NCBI GenBank assembly: GCA_009692105.1
Contig: SHZS01000003.1
Location: 5,136 to 69,135, forward strand
Source: Gemmatimonadota bacterium
Lineage (GTDB): Bacteria > Gemmatimonadota > Gemmatimonadetes > Longimicrobiales > Gaopeijiaceae
Direction: 5' to 3'
Length of the DNA: 64,000 nucleotides
Within the stretch, counting starts at the first letter, position 1; every line of letters starts with the position of its first letter. The notes beneath the pieces are model-generated. The model did not search any database and was not told the DNA's origin. It saw nothing but the letters and a program-made list of their open reading frames with translations. Positions 29,816 through 39,308 of this stretch are shown here, piece after piece. Both the position numbers and the translations under genes were made by a program.

Positions 29816-31057
29816 CTACGCCGAATCTTCCCCGGTCTGCCGAAGGATCAGCTTGTGAGCCCGGAGCCGGAGCCCCTGAAGGCGGATGAAGCCGCGCGCA
29901 TCCTCCTGGTCGTAGCCACCCGCTACGTCCATGGAGGAGAGCTCCTGATCGTATAGTGAGCTGGTCGACGTCCGCCCCATCGAGACCACGTTCCCCTTGA
30001 AGAGCTTCACCTTCACGGTTCCGTCGATGAGGTGCTCGGCTTGCCCGAAGGCCGCCCGGATGAAGTCCATCTCGGGCGAGAACCAGAATCCGTTGTAGAT
30101 GATCTCCGCGAATCGGGGCGAGAGCATGTCCCGGAGCCGCAGGACCTCGCGATCCATGGCCAGCCCCTCGAGGTCGCGGAGCGCGTGGTGGAGGACGGTT
30201 CCGCCCGGCGTCTCGTACACGCCCCGCGACTTGATCCCCACGAACCGGTTCTCGACCATGTCCACCCGGCCGACCCCGTGCATTCCACCCAGGTCGTTCA
30301 GGTACATGAAGAGCGCGACTGGATCCGTATGCACGGTGCCGTCGTCCAGGTTCTCCACCCGGACCGGCATCGCGTCCTCGAAGTCGATGGCGATGAGAGC
30401 CGGCTCATCGGGGGCCTCCTCGAGCGAGCGAGTCAGCTTGAACATGTCCTCCTGAGGAGGAGCGTTCGGGTCCTCGAGCCGTCCCGCTTCGTACGAGCGG
30501 TGCATGATGTTCTCGTCACTCGAGTACGGCTTCTCTGCGGTGGCTTCCACAGGGAGCTTGTTCTCCTTGGCAAACGCCAAGAGGTCCGACCGTCCCTTGA
30601 AACGGCTCAGGAACTCGCGGTCCTTCCAGGGAGCGATCACTTCGAGGCTGGGTGCAAGGGCAGCGTAGGCGAGCTCGAAGCGGACCTGGTCATTCCCCTT
30701 CCCCGTGGCCCCATGCGCGACAGCGCCAGCCCCTTCCTCGAGTGCGACCTCAACCTGCGCTCGGGCGATGACCGGCCGCGCGAGCGAGGTGCCGAGGAGG
30801 TAGCGGTTCTCGTAAACCGCGTTTCCGGCAATCGCCGGAAAAATGAACTCGGTGACGAACTCGCGCTTCAAGTCCTCGACGCGCACGCCGGCCGCGCCGG
30901 TTCGTTTGGCCCGGTCCGCGACGTCCTCGAAGTCCTCCTGCTGACCCACGTCCGCGACGAACGCAATCACGTCGTACCCGCGCTGGATCAGCACCTTCAG
31001 TATGCAGGCGGTGTCGAGACCCCCGCTGTACGCCAGGACCACCTTCTTCTTCGCCAA
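29816..31057 (-). CDS. argG: Argininosuccinate synthase
   Basis: 413 aa with the N-terminal [11 protein letters not shown]-loop; the rest reads as ArgG throughout. Confidence 0.95.
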   Translation of the reverse strand: MAKKKVVLAYSGGLDTACILKVLIQRGYDVIAFVADVGQQEDFEDVADRAKRTGAAGVRVEDLKREFVTEFIFPAIAGNAVYENRYLLGTSLARPVIARAQVEVALEEGAGAVAHGATGKGNDQVRFELAYAALAPSLEVIAPWKDREFLSRFKGRSDLLAFAKENKLPVEATAEKPYSSDENIMHRSYEAGRLEDPNAPPQEDMFKLTRSLEEAPDEPALIAIDFEDAMPVRVENLDDGTVHTDPVALFMYLNDLGGMHGVGRVDMVENRFVGIKSRGVYETPGGTVLHHALRDLEGLAMDREVLRLRDMLSPRFAEIIYNGFWFSPEMDFIRAAFGQAEHLIDGTVKVKLFKGNVVSMGRTSTSSLYDQELSSMDVAGGYDQEDARGFIRLQGLRLRAHKLILRQTGEDSA

Positions 31058-31313
31058 CTCGACCTCCGGGGAGAGAGACGAGGTCCGGCGCGCGACGGGA
31101 TCCGAGACCTGTGAAAGTCAGCTAAGCTACAGAATCCAGCCGTGCGGGTCACGCCGCCGCACGGCTCCCAAAGAGGAGCGCCGCCCTCAGCCAGGCGTTG
31201 AGGTTCGGGGGCGACACGCACATCTTCCCCGGGTTGTCGGCGCGAGATACGCTTCGACTGCAGGCTAGACGGTACGATCTGGCCCGATCTCCCCGCATCC
31301 CGGTCGCCCGTCT

Positions 31314-33209
31314 ATGGAATGGACCGTCGAGGACGCTCGGCAACTCTACAACATCGAGGGCTGGGGAGTCGGCTACTTCGACATCAACGAGAAGGGCCAT
31401 ATCACGGTCCACCCCACGAAGGATCCGAAGATCGGCCTCGATCTCTACGAGATGGCCACGGATCTCCAAGCGCAGGGCCTTGGCCTACCAATCCTCCTCC
31501 GATTTCCAGACATCCTCAGGACCCGGATCGAGACCCTCGTCCGACGCTTCGCGGCTTCGATGGAGGAGTACGCATACGACGGAGGATACACTCTCGTCTA
31601 TCCGATCAAGGTGAACCAACAGCGCCGCGTGCTCGAGGAGCTCTTGGCGGCAGGCGAGGGGTACGGGGTCGGACTCGAAGTCGGGAGCAAGCCGGAGCTC
31701 CAGGCGGTCCTCGCGCTGACCGACCGGACAGACCACCTCATCATCTGCAACGGCTACAAGGACGAGGAATACGTCTACCTCGCACTGATGGGCCAAAAGC
31801 TCGGCCATCAGGTCATGATCGTGATCGAGAAGATCTCGGAGGTGGATCTGCTCCTCAGGCTGGGGGAGGAGATGGGCGTCCAGCCGACCGCGGGGGTCCG
31901 CATCAAGCTGTCTGCTCAGGGCGCCGGAAGGTGGTCCGAGACGGCCGGTGAGAAGAGCAAGTTCGGGCTCTCCGCCTCCGAGCTCATGCGGGTGGTGGAA
32001 AAGCTCAAGGCCGCGGGACGGACGGACCTCATCAAGATGGTCCACTTCCATATGGGCTCCCAGATCCCCGACGTGCGCTATATCAAGGAGGCCATGACGG
32101 AGGTCGCGCGCTACTACGTCGAGCTGCGGCGCCTCGGAATCGACGTTTCCCACGTGGACGTCGGAGGCGGGCTCGGCGTGGACTACGACGGAAGCCGGTC
32201 CACGCACCCGGCAAGCGCGAACTACACGATCCAGGAGTACGCGAACGACGTCGTCTACGTTCTCGCCGAGGCGTGTCGGGAGAACGAGCTCCCCATGCCC
32301 CACATCATCTCCGAATCGGGGCGGGCGCTCACGGCGCACCACACGCTCCTCCTCATGAACGTGATCGCGCTCGAGACGCAGATCGTGGAGGACCGGGACG
32401 AGATCCCGGACGAGATGCACGCCGTGGTCCACGACCTCGCGGAGACACTGCACGGGATGGACGAGCGCTCGCTCCGGGAGGTGTTCCACGACGCCTCGTT
32501 CTGGAGAGAGCGGATGCGCTCCCTATACATCAGCGGGGTCCTCAGTCTCCAGGAGCGTGCCCTCGCGGAGCGGCTCTTCCTGGCAGTCATGACGAGGGGA
32601 GCCGAGCTGGCGCGACGCGATCCCGAGGAGTGGGAGGACGTCCTTCCCGAGATCGAATCGATCCTCACGGACCGCTATTTCTGCAACTTCTCCCTCTTCC
32701 AATCGCTCCCCGACTCCTGGGCCGTGGATCAGCTCTTTCCCATCGTTCCCATCCATCGGCTGAACGAGCGCCCCTCGCGACGGGGCACGCTTCAGGACGT
32801 CACCTGCGACTCCGATGGAAAGATCGACCGTTTCGTCGGAGAGAGGGACGGCAGCCGAAGCCTGGCCCTGCACGCTTTCGATCCCTCGACGCCGTACGTG
32901 CTCGGCATCTTTCTCACCGGAGCCTACCAGGAGATCCTCGGGGACCTACACAACCTCTTCGGTGACACGAATGCGGTACACGTCCACCTCACCCCCGACG
33001 GGGGTTACCTAGTAGGCGAGCTCGTGCATGGAGACACCGTCACGGACGTGCTCGCCTACGTCCAGTTCGACAGCGATCAGCTGATCGCGAACTTCCGAAG
33101 GAAGGTCGCGAAAGCGACCGACCTCCCCCGCTCCGAGGCGAACACCTTCATCGCCGACTACATCGCCGGCCTGGCAGGCTATACCTACCTCGAAGGGGAC
33201 GGGAAGTAG
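31314..33209 (+). CDS. speA: Biosynthetic arginine decarboxylase
   Basis: 631 aa starting MEWTVEDARQLYNIEGWGVGYF, with the PLP region YPIKVNQQ. TAG stop. Confidence 0.94.
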   Translation: MEWTVEDARQLYNIEGWGVGYFDINEKGHITVHPTKDPKIGLDLYEMATDLQAQGLGLPILLRFPDILRTRIETLVRRFAASMEEYAYDGGYTLVYPIKVNQQRRVLEELLAAGEGYGVGLEVGSKPELQAVLALTDRTDHLIICNGYKDEEYVYLALMGQKLGHQVMIVIEKISEVDLLLRLGEEMGVQPTAGVRIKLSAQGAGRWSETAGEKSKFGLSASELMRVVEKLKAAGRTDLIKMVHFHMGSQIPDVRYIKEAMTEVARYYVELRRLGIDVSHVDVGGGLGVDYDGSRSTHPASANYTIQEYANDVVYVLAEACRENELPMPHIISESGRALTAHHTLLLMNVIALETQIVEDRDEIPDEMHAVVHDLAETLHGMDERSLREVFHDASFWRERMRSLYISGVLSLQERALAERLFLAVMTRGAELARRDPEEWEDVLPEIESILTDRYFCNFSLFQSLPDSWAVDQLFPIVPIHRLNERPSRRGTLQDVTCDSDGKIDRFVGERDGSRSLALHAFDPSTPYVLGIFLTGAYQEILGDLHNLFGDTNAVHVHLTPDGGYLVGELVHGDTVTDVLAYVQFDSDQLIANFRRKVAKATDLPRSEANTFIADYIAGLAGYTYLEGDGK

Positions 33210-33219
33210 AGGGAGCGCG

Positions 33220-33831
33220 TCACTGCCTGCTGAAGCCGATCGCGAGCGCTTCTCGATCGCCCACCGTGGCCCCGAACCGGATGGACCAGGAAGGGGTGAA
33301 GGCTAGGTCGAGCCCGAGGTCCACCGCGAACACCAAGTCGAGCTCGTCGTCCGCACCCTCGTCACCCAACGAGGCATCGAGAACGATCCGCGGAGCGAAA
33401 TAGGAATTAACCCGAACATCATCGGAAGTCAGCACCCGCCCAACGGTGACCCCCACGGGAAAGCTGAGTAGGACCGCATTTCCGAACCCTAGCCCCGCGC
33501 CCGTGACCCAGGCCACGTCGAGCGGAAAATCGTCGGAGGCGTCAACGAGACGTCCCGACAGGTCCACGCCGCCGAAACCGGCAAGGTTATCGCCCGGCCC
33601 CTCCGCGAGCCCCCCGCGGAAGCCCATCATCCCCCCCTGCCTCCACGTCCCCATCACTCCGATCCCATTTCCGGGCGAGGGGTCCACGAGATAGACGCCC
33701 CACCCTAGCGGAGTGCTGGGAGCGACCATGAGCGGCGCGTCCCATGCCACCTGGGCCGCCGCGGGCACTGCGATGAACAGAGCGAGAACCGCGGTAAGGA
33801 TGAGTCCGGTCGTGGGCATGGTCGTTCGCAT
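33220..33831 (-). CDS. Small outer-membrane beta-barrel protein (putative)
   Basis: Signal peptide MRTTMPTTGLILTAVLALFIAVPAAAQ followed by a Gly-rich region of alternating hydrophobic residues. I placed the start at ATG 33831. Confidence 0.6.
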   Translation of the reverse strand: MRTTMPTTGLILTAVLALFIAVPAAAQVAWDAPLMVAPSTPLGWGVYLVDPSPGNGIGVMGTWRQGGMMGFRGGLAEGPGDNLAGFGGVDLSGRLVDASDDFPLDVAWVTGAGLGFGNAVLLSFPVGVTVGRVLTSDDVRVNSYFAPRIVLDASLGDEGADDELDLVFAVDLGLDLAFTPSWSIRFGATVGDREALAIGFSRQ

Positions 33832-33909
33832 AGGGACGCTCTCCTTTGGAAGACATGAGACTCCGCGCGCTACAGAGCCCACCCAGCCAGCGCAGGTCGG
33901 AGTTGTTGG

Positions 33910-34860
33910 TCAGGGCGGCCTCACCGCTGGCAGCTGCTCCTCGATCGAGCCCCGGTTCGGCTCCTCCCACGGGGGGAGCTTCAGCGCCCCGCCCAATCTC
34001 GAGGCCGCTTCGTCGATCGCAAACCCCGGCCCGGCCGTGGCAATCTCGAAGAGGACGCCCCCCGGCTCCGGGAAGTAGATGGATCGGAAGTACTGTCGGT
34101 CGCGAACCTCGGTCACGGGCCAACCCATCGAGAGCAGCTTCTCTCGGAACTCGAGCTGCGCTTCGTCCGTGGGCACGGAAAAGGCCACATGGTGGACCGT
34201 CCCCAGCCCATTCCGGGCCGTCGGCGCATTCTGGGAGGGGACGAGCTCCACGAGTTGGCCCGGTCCCCTCTCGGCCACTCCCAGGCGAATGTGAGAGCCC
34301 CGGTCACCGGCGACCTCGAAGCCCAGGGCTTGGGTGAGGAAGTCGGCGGATCGCTCGGGCGAGCGCACCGTGAGGGTGATGTGGTGGAGGCCGCGAAGGG
34401 CCACCTCGGTCTCGATGCCCCCCGGCGTCCATGGCTTGGTCCGGACGTCGTCCTCCCCCTCGACCAACTCCAAGGCGAGGCGGGACGGGTCGGATATGGA
34501 AAGCCCCTCCTCCCCGAAGTCCGTGACGAACTCGCCACAGCGATGCCCCGCTTCGTCCAGACGACCCTTCCAGAAGGCGAGCGATCCCGGAGGAGCCGAA
34601 AAGGCGATCCGCGTGATCTGACCCGCTCCCTCCTGTCCACCGGACATACCCCTCCCCGTGTACGGAAAGGTAGTCATGATCGTCGAGGGGGTGCCCACCC
34701 CGTCGCCGTAGTAAAAGTGGAAGACGCTCGTGTCGTCGAAGTTCACGGTGCGTTTGAGGAGCCTGAGTCCGAGACGCCCCGCGTAGAAGTCCAGATCCTC
34801 CTGCGCGTCGCCCACGATGGAGGTGACATGGTGGAGGCTCGTGATCCTGGCCAAGCTCAC
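33910..34860 (-). CDS. VOC-family ring-cleaving dioxygenase / glyoxalase-fold protein
   Basis: Repeated VOC modules (ITSLHHVTSIVGD, GLHHITLTV, TVHHVAFSV). The likely start is GTG 34860, forming a GTGA overlap with the upstream stop. The track ORF extends to 35133. Confidence 0.75.
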   Translation of the reverse strand: MSLARITSLHHVTSIVGDAQEDLDFYAGRLGLRLLKRTVNFDDTSVFHFYYGDGVGTPSTIMTTFPYTGRGMSGGQEGAGQITRIAFSAPPGSLAFWKGRLDEAGHRCGEFVTDFGEEGLSISDPSRLALELVEGEDDVRTKPWTPGGIETEVALRGLHHITLTVRSPERSADFLTQALGFEVAGDRGSHIRLGVAERGPGQLVELVPSQNAPTARNGLGTVHHVAFSVPTDEAQLEFREKLLSMGWPVTEVRDRQYFRSIYFPEPGGVLFEIATAGPGFAIDEAASRLGGALKLPPWEEPNRGSIEEQLPAVRPP

Positions 34861-35798
34861 CCGTTGGTGACCGACGTAGGGGACCGGGGAAACTGGCCCG
34901 GGTCGTTCGTGAAGAGACCGTCTACCCCGAGGTCGTAGAGGAAGTAGGACATCTCGGTCGCCACGCTCGGGAACGAGCCCGGATCGGCCGCACGGAATGT
35001 CCAGGGAAAGAGCGTCAGTCCAAGCTCGTGCGCCCACTGCACGGCCTCGGGCTTCTCGCGGAGGAGCGCCTTCGCCGGTCCGATGCCATTCGCAAACTTC
35101 GACAACCGCGTGAGACCCTCCCGCGTGAGCCAACCGTCGCGGTCGGGTGAGTCGATCAGAAGGACCTTATCGAGATTGGATCCCAGTTGGGATCCGAGTA
35201 TCTCGAGGCTCTCCGCGCTGAACGATTGGATGGTGACGGGCGTTGCCGGCCTCGCGCCCCGCCGGTCGAGGCCGTGCCGTGCGAGCTCCTCCACGAGCAG
35301 CTTCTCCATCGAAAACCCCTTCGTCCCGTAGACCTCGGGGCCCTTGGTCTCCGGGAAGACTCCGGTCCTTCTCAGGGCCAGCTCGATCGCTTCGGAGAGG
35401 GTCGGCACCCTGGCTCCCCGGAAGCGCTCTCCGAACCAGCTTCCCGCGTCGAGGCGGCGAATCTCCTCGAGGGTGAAGTCGGAAGCATACCACCGGCGTT
35501 CAGTCCGGCGGCGCTCAGTCCGGGGGCCCACCATCTGGCCGCTCTCGACCCCCTCCCGCGATCGCTCCGGAAATATTTCGCGAACGTCGGTGGTACGCTC
35601 GAGGGTCAAATCGTGGAGGCAGATCAGAACACCGTCGCGGGTGATCTGGAGGTCGGGTTCGATGAAGTCCGCTCCCTGGTCAATCCCCAGGCGATACGCC
35701 TCGAGCGTGTGCTCGGGGGCGGAGCCGGACGCCCCTCGGTGCGCGATGAGGATGCGAGACCCGGCGCTCCTAGTGGAGCTCAACTGCGTGGAGCTCAC
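34857..35798 (-). CDS. Glycerophosphodiester phosphodiesterase
   Basis: IAHRGASGSAPEHTLEAY and FIEPDLQITRDG are GDPD motifs. The gene overlaps the modC stop by 4 nt. Confidence 0.85.
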   Translation of the reverse strand: MSSTQLSSTRSAGSRILIAHRGASGSAPEHTLEAYRLGIDQGADFIEPDLQITRDGVLICLHDLTLERTTDVREIFPERSREGVESGQMVGPRTERRRTERRWYASDFTLEEIRRLDAGSWFGERFRGARVPTLSEAIELALRRTGVFPETKGPEVYGTKGFSMEKLLVEELARHGLDRRGARPATPVTIQSFSAESLEILGSQLGSNLDKVLLIDSPDRDGWLTREGLTRLSKFANGIGPAKALLREKPEAVQWAHELGLTLFPWTFRAADPGSFPSVATEMSYFLYDLGVDGLFTNDPGQFPRSPTSVTNG

Positions 35799-36511
35799 CT
35801 ATCGCCATCGGATCGAGAAGTGCGCTCGGCGGCCGGTGCTCGCCCTGGGATGAGCTCCGCTGCTAGCCCTTCGTCCACGACCCGTCCCTTACGCAAGCGG
35901 ACCAACCAGTGAGCGAGCCTCCGCACCTCCTCGACGTCATGCGTCACCAGGAGCATCGCGACCCCCGTTCTCCGGTGCAGCTGAAGTAGCTCGTCCAGCA
36001 GTCGCCAGCGGATCTCGTCGTCCAGACCCGAGAATGGCTCGTCCAAGAGGAGCAGACTCGGCTCCGGAGCCAACGCTCGCGCGAGGGCGACTCGCTGCCG
36101 CTCGCCACCGGAAAGGTCCGAAGGGCGCCGGCCCTCGAACCCCCCGAGACCGACGAGGTCGATCAGCTCCGCGACCCGAGCCATGCGGTCACTCCGTGGC
36201 ATCCCTCGGAGGCCGAATCCAATGTTCCCTTCGACGTCCAGATGGGGAAAGAGCGCGTGATGCTGGAAGACGTACCCCAGCCCCCGCTCCCTTGGCGGGA
36301 GATCGATCTCCGCCTTCCGGTCGAAGAGCACCGAGTCCCCGATGGAGATCCGGCCGGTGGCGGGAGAGTCGAGACCTGCCACACAGCGAAGTGTGAGCGT
36401 CTTTCCTGCCCCGGACGGACCGAACAGAGCCGTGATCCCTCCAGGCGCCCGAAAGGCGACATCTAGGTCGAACTCCCCGACCCGACCGGCGAAGCAGACC
36501 TCGAGACTCAC
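35795..36511 (-). CDS. modC: ABC transporter ATP-binding protein, molybdate-type (short form, no C-terminal TOBE region evident)
   Basis: Walker A GPSGAGKT, LSGGERQRVALARAL and LLLDEPFSGLD. It lies downstream of modA and modB. Confidence 0.8.
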   Translation of the reverse strand: MSLEVCFAGRVGEFDLDVAFRAPGGITALFGPSGAGKTLTLRCVAGLDSPATGRISIGDSVLFDRKAEIDLPPRERGLGYVFQHHALFPHLDVEGNIGFGLRGMPRSDRMARVAELIDLVGLGGFEGRRPSDLSGGERQRVALARALAPEPSLLLLDEPFSGLDDEIRWRLLDELLQLHRRTGVAMLLVTHDVEEVRRLAHWLVRLRKGRVVDEGLAAELIPGRAPAAERTSRSDGDR

Positions 36512-37134
36512 CAGCGACTTCCTCGCCCGATCCTCCCTATGAAGAGGAGCACGCCACCCGCCATGATCGAGAGGAGCAGGGCAAGAAGATGGGCCTCCGC
36601 CAAGCGGCCTCCCTGCACCGCGTCATAGATCGCCGTGCTCGCGGTTCTGGTCCTTCCCGGGATGTTTCCAGCCACCATGAGCGTCGCACCGAACTCGCCG
36701 ACGGCACGTGCAAAGCCAAGGGCTAGCCCCGCCAGGATCCCGCGCCACGCGAGGGGGACCGTGACCGCGAGGAAGATTCCAACCTCCCCCCAACCCAGCG
36801 TCCGCGCCGCCTCCTCGTAGGTGCGATCTACCTGCTCGAAGCCGCCCTGAGCCGCTCGGATGACGAAGGGGAGCGCCGCCACGAAGGCCGCCAGCACGGC
36901 CGCGGTGGGGGTGAACACGATCCGCCCCAGCCCCGCCATCTCCCAGAGCCGGCCGACCAGGCCCTGTCGCCCGACGACGACGAGGAGGTAGTAGCCGAGC
37001 ACCGTGGGGGGAAGCACCATGGGAAGGAGCACCAGCACGCTCAGGAGATCCTTGCCGGGAAAGGCGCGCCGCGCGAGAAGCCACGCAAGCGGAACCCCCG
37101 TGACGAGCGCGAGGAGAGTGGCCAGGGAGGCCAC
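36508..37134 (-). CDS. modB: Molybdate ABC transporter permease (start uncertain)
   Basis: EAARTLG...GFARAVGEFGATLMVAGNIPG is the ModB/CysTW signature. The only canonical start after the modA stop is GTG 37134. The track start at 37350 would overlap modA by 175 nt. See finding. Confidence 0.75.
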   Translation of the reverse strand: MASLATLLALVTGVPLAWLLARRAFPGKDLLSVLVLLPMVLPPTVLGYYLLVVVGRQGLVGRLWEMAGLGRIVFTPTAAVLAAFVAALPFVIRAAQGGFEQVDRTYEEAARTLGWGEVGIFLAVTVPLAWRGILAGLALGFARAVGEFGATLMVAGNIPGRTRTASTAIYDAVQGGRLAEAHLLALLLSIMAGGVLLFIGRIGRGSRW

Positions 37135-37175
37135 CTGGAGCGAAAAGGACAGGGCCTCCCAGACCCCTCCGGTAC

Positions 37176-37982
37176 CTATGGCTCCTCCGCCGGCCCGAAG
37201 CCGTATTGCGCGAGGATCGCCACTCCGTCCGGCGAGGTGATGAGGTCGCGGAGCTCCGTCGCTGCCTCGACGTGGGCACTTCCTGCAATGACAGCCGCCG
37301 CCTGGATGATCGGTACGTGTAGCGCCGGGTCGATCAGTCGGTGCTCCCACCCGTCGTTCTCGAGAACCACCGAGAGGGCGATGATACCGGCGTCCGCGTT
37401 CTCGGTGCGCACGAACTGGGCCGCTTGGGCGACACTCTCCGAAAACACGACCTTCGGAGCCACGACCGTCCAGAGGCCAGCCGACTCGAGCGCCTGCTTC
37501 GCAGCCAGCCCGTACGGAGCCGATTCCGGATTGGCCAGGGCCACCACCGCATACTCGGGCGCCGCCAAATCGCCGAGCCCTTCGGGAAGTCGTCGGCCGG
37601 GCGGGACGACAATAGCGATTCTCCCCGTAGCGTAGTCCCGCTTCGTGCCTGGGACTACGTGTCCCTCGGACTCCAACCGATCCACGAAGGCACGGTCGGC
37701 GGAGAGGAAGAGGTCGCCCGGTGCCCCGTTCTCGATCTGGGCCACGAGGTTTCCGGATGAGCCCAGGACGATGTCCACGCCGACATCCGTGCGACGTTCA
37801 AACTCCTGAACAATCTCCGGAAGGGCGAACTGAAGGCTCGACGCGGCGAGAACCAGGAGACGATCACCCTGGACGGAGTCCTGGCCTCCGCACGCGAGGA
37901 GAAGGACGGCTAGCACCGGGAGCACGCTCACGGTTCTCATGCCGGACATCTTCACCCCGGACGTTCTCATGCTGGACCTCAT
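37176..37982 (-). CDS. modA: Molybdate-binding periplasmic lipoprotein
   Basis: 268 aa with lipobox LLLACGG and a type-II PBP fold pattern resembling ModA. ATGA overlap with the upstream regulator. TAG stop. Confidence 0.8.
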   Translation of the reverse strand: MRSSMRTSGVKMSGMRTVSVLPVLAVLLLACGGQDSVQGDRLLVLAASSLQFALPEIVQEFERRTDVGVDIVLGSSGNLVAQIENGAPGDLFLSADRAFVDRLESEGHVVPGTKRDYATGRIAIVVPPGRRLPEGLGDLAAPEYAVVALANPESAPYGLAAKQALESAGLWTVVAPKVVFSESVAQAAQFVRTENADAGIIALSVVLENDGWEHRLIDPALHVPIIQAAAVIAGSAHVEAATELRDLITSPDGVAILAQYGFGPAEEP

Positions 37983-39082
37983 GCCGGTTGCCCCATCGGC
38001 TCCACGTCGTAGCCTCCAAGGGCCTCGACCTGTGCCCTGAGCCCGGGGGACTCGAGCAGGTCCATGAGGGCCGCGACACCGGGCGCACGGAGGAGGTGGT
38101 CGGGGATCACGAGATCGTAGCGCTCGCTCTCGAGGGGCACCCAGGTGAGGCCGAAGGCGGTGGCAGCGGCCCGGATCCCTACTCCGGCGTCAACCGCTCC
38201 AGAGGCGACCGCCTGGGCCACCGCCCAGTGTCCCGTCGCCGCGCTATCCTCGTATCCGGGAATGGCGGATCCAGGGATGCCCGCCTCGGCCAGAGAGCGG
38301 TCGACGAGCGCCCGGCTGCCCGAGCCCATCTCTCGGTTGAGGAAGCGCAGATCGGGCCGGGCGAGGTCCGACACACTCTCCACTCCGAGCGGGTTACCGG
38401 GGCGCAGCATCAGGCCCACCTCCCACACGGCAAAGCCCACGACCGTGACCCGAAAGGGGAGCCTCCTTTGAACGTCGGAGGTCGCGGCGCCAACTCCCGA
38501 TGCGTCGCGGAGGTGGAAACCCGCGACGTGGGCGAGCCCCTCTCCAAGGGCCTCGAGGGCCCTCCGGCTTCCCGAGGGCACCCAAACCATATCCACGTCC
38601 GCTCGATCCCGGAGAAGCGCTTGGATGAGCGCACTCGCGGGATCGCACCCCACGAGAACCAGGTCCGGATCCCCCTCCGCACCGGGGAGGGAGCGGATCC
38701 GCGCCGTCTTGGTTCCCGACCCACCCGCCTCCAGGACGCCGCTCGCCAGGGAGGGGCCGGCCCCACCGATCCCGTCCGCCGGGACGGTGACGCGCCTTCC
38801 CCCGACGGAGGCAACCCGTACGCGCTGCCCCGTCGGGGAGGCAGGCGACCACACGTGGAGGGGCGCAGCGGCGCTCGACTCCAGGTGGAAGAGGCGCTCG
38901 ACCGATCCCCCCAACGCCTCCGCGAGGCGGAGCGCCACGGAAAGCGAAGGGACCGCGCCCCCCCTCTCGATGGAGCCGTACGCCTGGCGGGAAATCCCGG
39001 CCGCCCGCGCAAGATCTCCCTGAGTCAGGTCTCGCGCCCGGCGCGCCTCTTTGAGCTCGTTCTGAAGGACACTCTCGGACAT
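37979..39082 (-). CDS. XRE-family HTH regulator fused to a PBP-like (COG1910-type molybdate-binding) domain
   Basis: The N-terminus LTQGDLARAAGISRQAYGSIERG is an XRE HTH. The C-terminal ~270 aa look like a periplasmic-binding fold. It is the first gene of the mod operon. Confidence 0.7.
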   Translation of the reverse strand: MSESVLQNELKEARRARDLTQGDLARAAGISRQAYGSIERGGAVPSLSVALRLAEALGGSVERLFHLESSAAAPLHVWSPASPTGQRVRVASVGGRRVTVPADGIGGAGPSLASGVLEAGGSGTKTARIRSLPGAEGDPDLVLVGCDPASALIQALLRDRADVDMVWVPSGSRRALEALGEGLAHVAGFHLRDASGVGAATSDVQRRLPFRVTVVGFAVWEVGLMLRPGNPLGVESVSDLARPDLRFLNREMGSGSRALVDRSLAEAGIPGSAIPGYEDSAATGHWAVAQAVASGAVDAGVGIRAAATAFGLTWVPLESERYDLVIPDHLLRAPGVAALMDLLESPGLRAQVEALGGYDVEPMGQPA

Positions 39083-39102
39083 GCCAGGAATTGTAGTCCC
39101 TG

Positions 39103-39119
39103 CTTGTCACATAGACAAG
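39103..39119. promoter_or_regulatory. Inverted repeat CTTGTC-N5-GACAAG, 21 nt upstream of the regulator start
   Basis: Perfect 6-bp arms seen directly in an AT-richer 226-bp intergenic leader. Candidate operator. Confidence 0.35.
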
Positions 39120-39308
39120 TTGGCACGGAGATTTCCTTATTGGGCGACTCCACTCACCTCTCCGAGGCACGTTCGCCCGGATGGGGAGTATGTGAGGCTA
39201 AGTAGCAACCATACAGGTCTTATGGACATGTATACATTGCCCGTTGCCTCAGGGCACACCTGAGAGATCGGATCGCGATGGGAGCATTTCATCCCCCGCG
39301 GAGCAACC

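Noticed and set aside
39121-39136. Sigma-54 promoter (TGGCAC-N5-TTTC) near the NtrC-type regulator theme.
   Set aside because: The -12 element is mismatched (TTTC instead of TTGC). It points on the plus strand into the 3' end of a minus-strand gene, with no downstream plus-strand target.
39083-39308. Molybdenum-cofactor (Moco) riboswitch upstream of the mod operon.
   Set aside because: I see a CUCCGAG-like string only on the plus strand, which is the wrong strand for the minus-strand operon. I cannot fold a convincing Moco-motif architecture by eye. I kept it only as a leader of interest pending a covariance-model scan.
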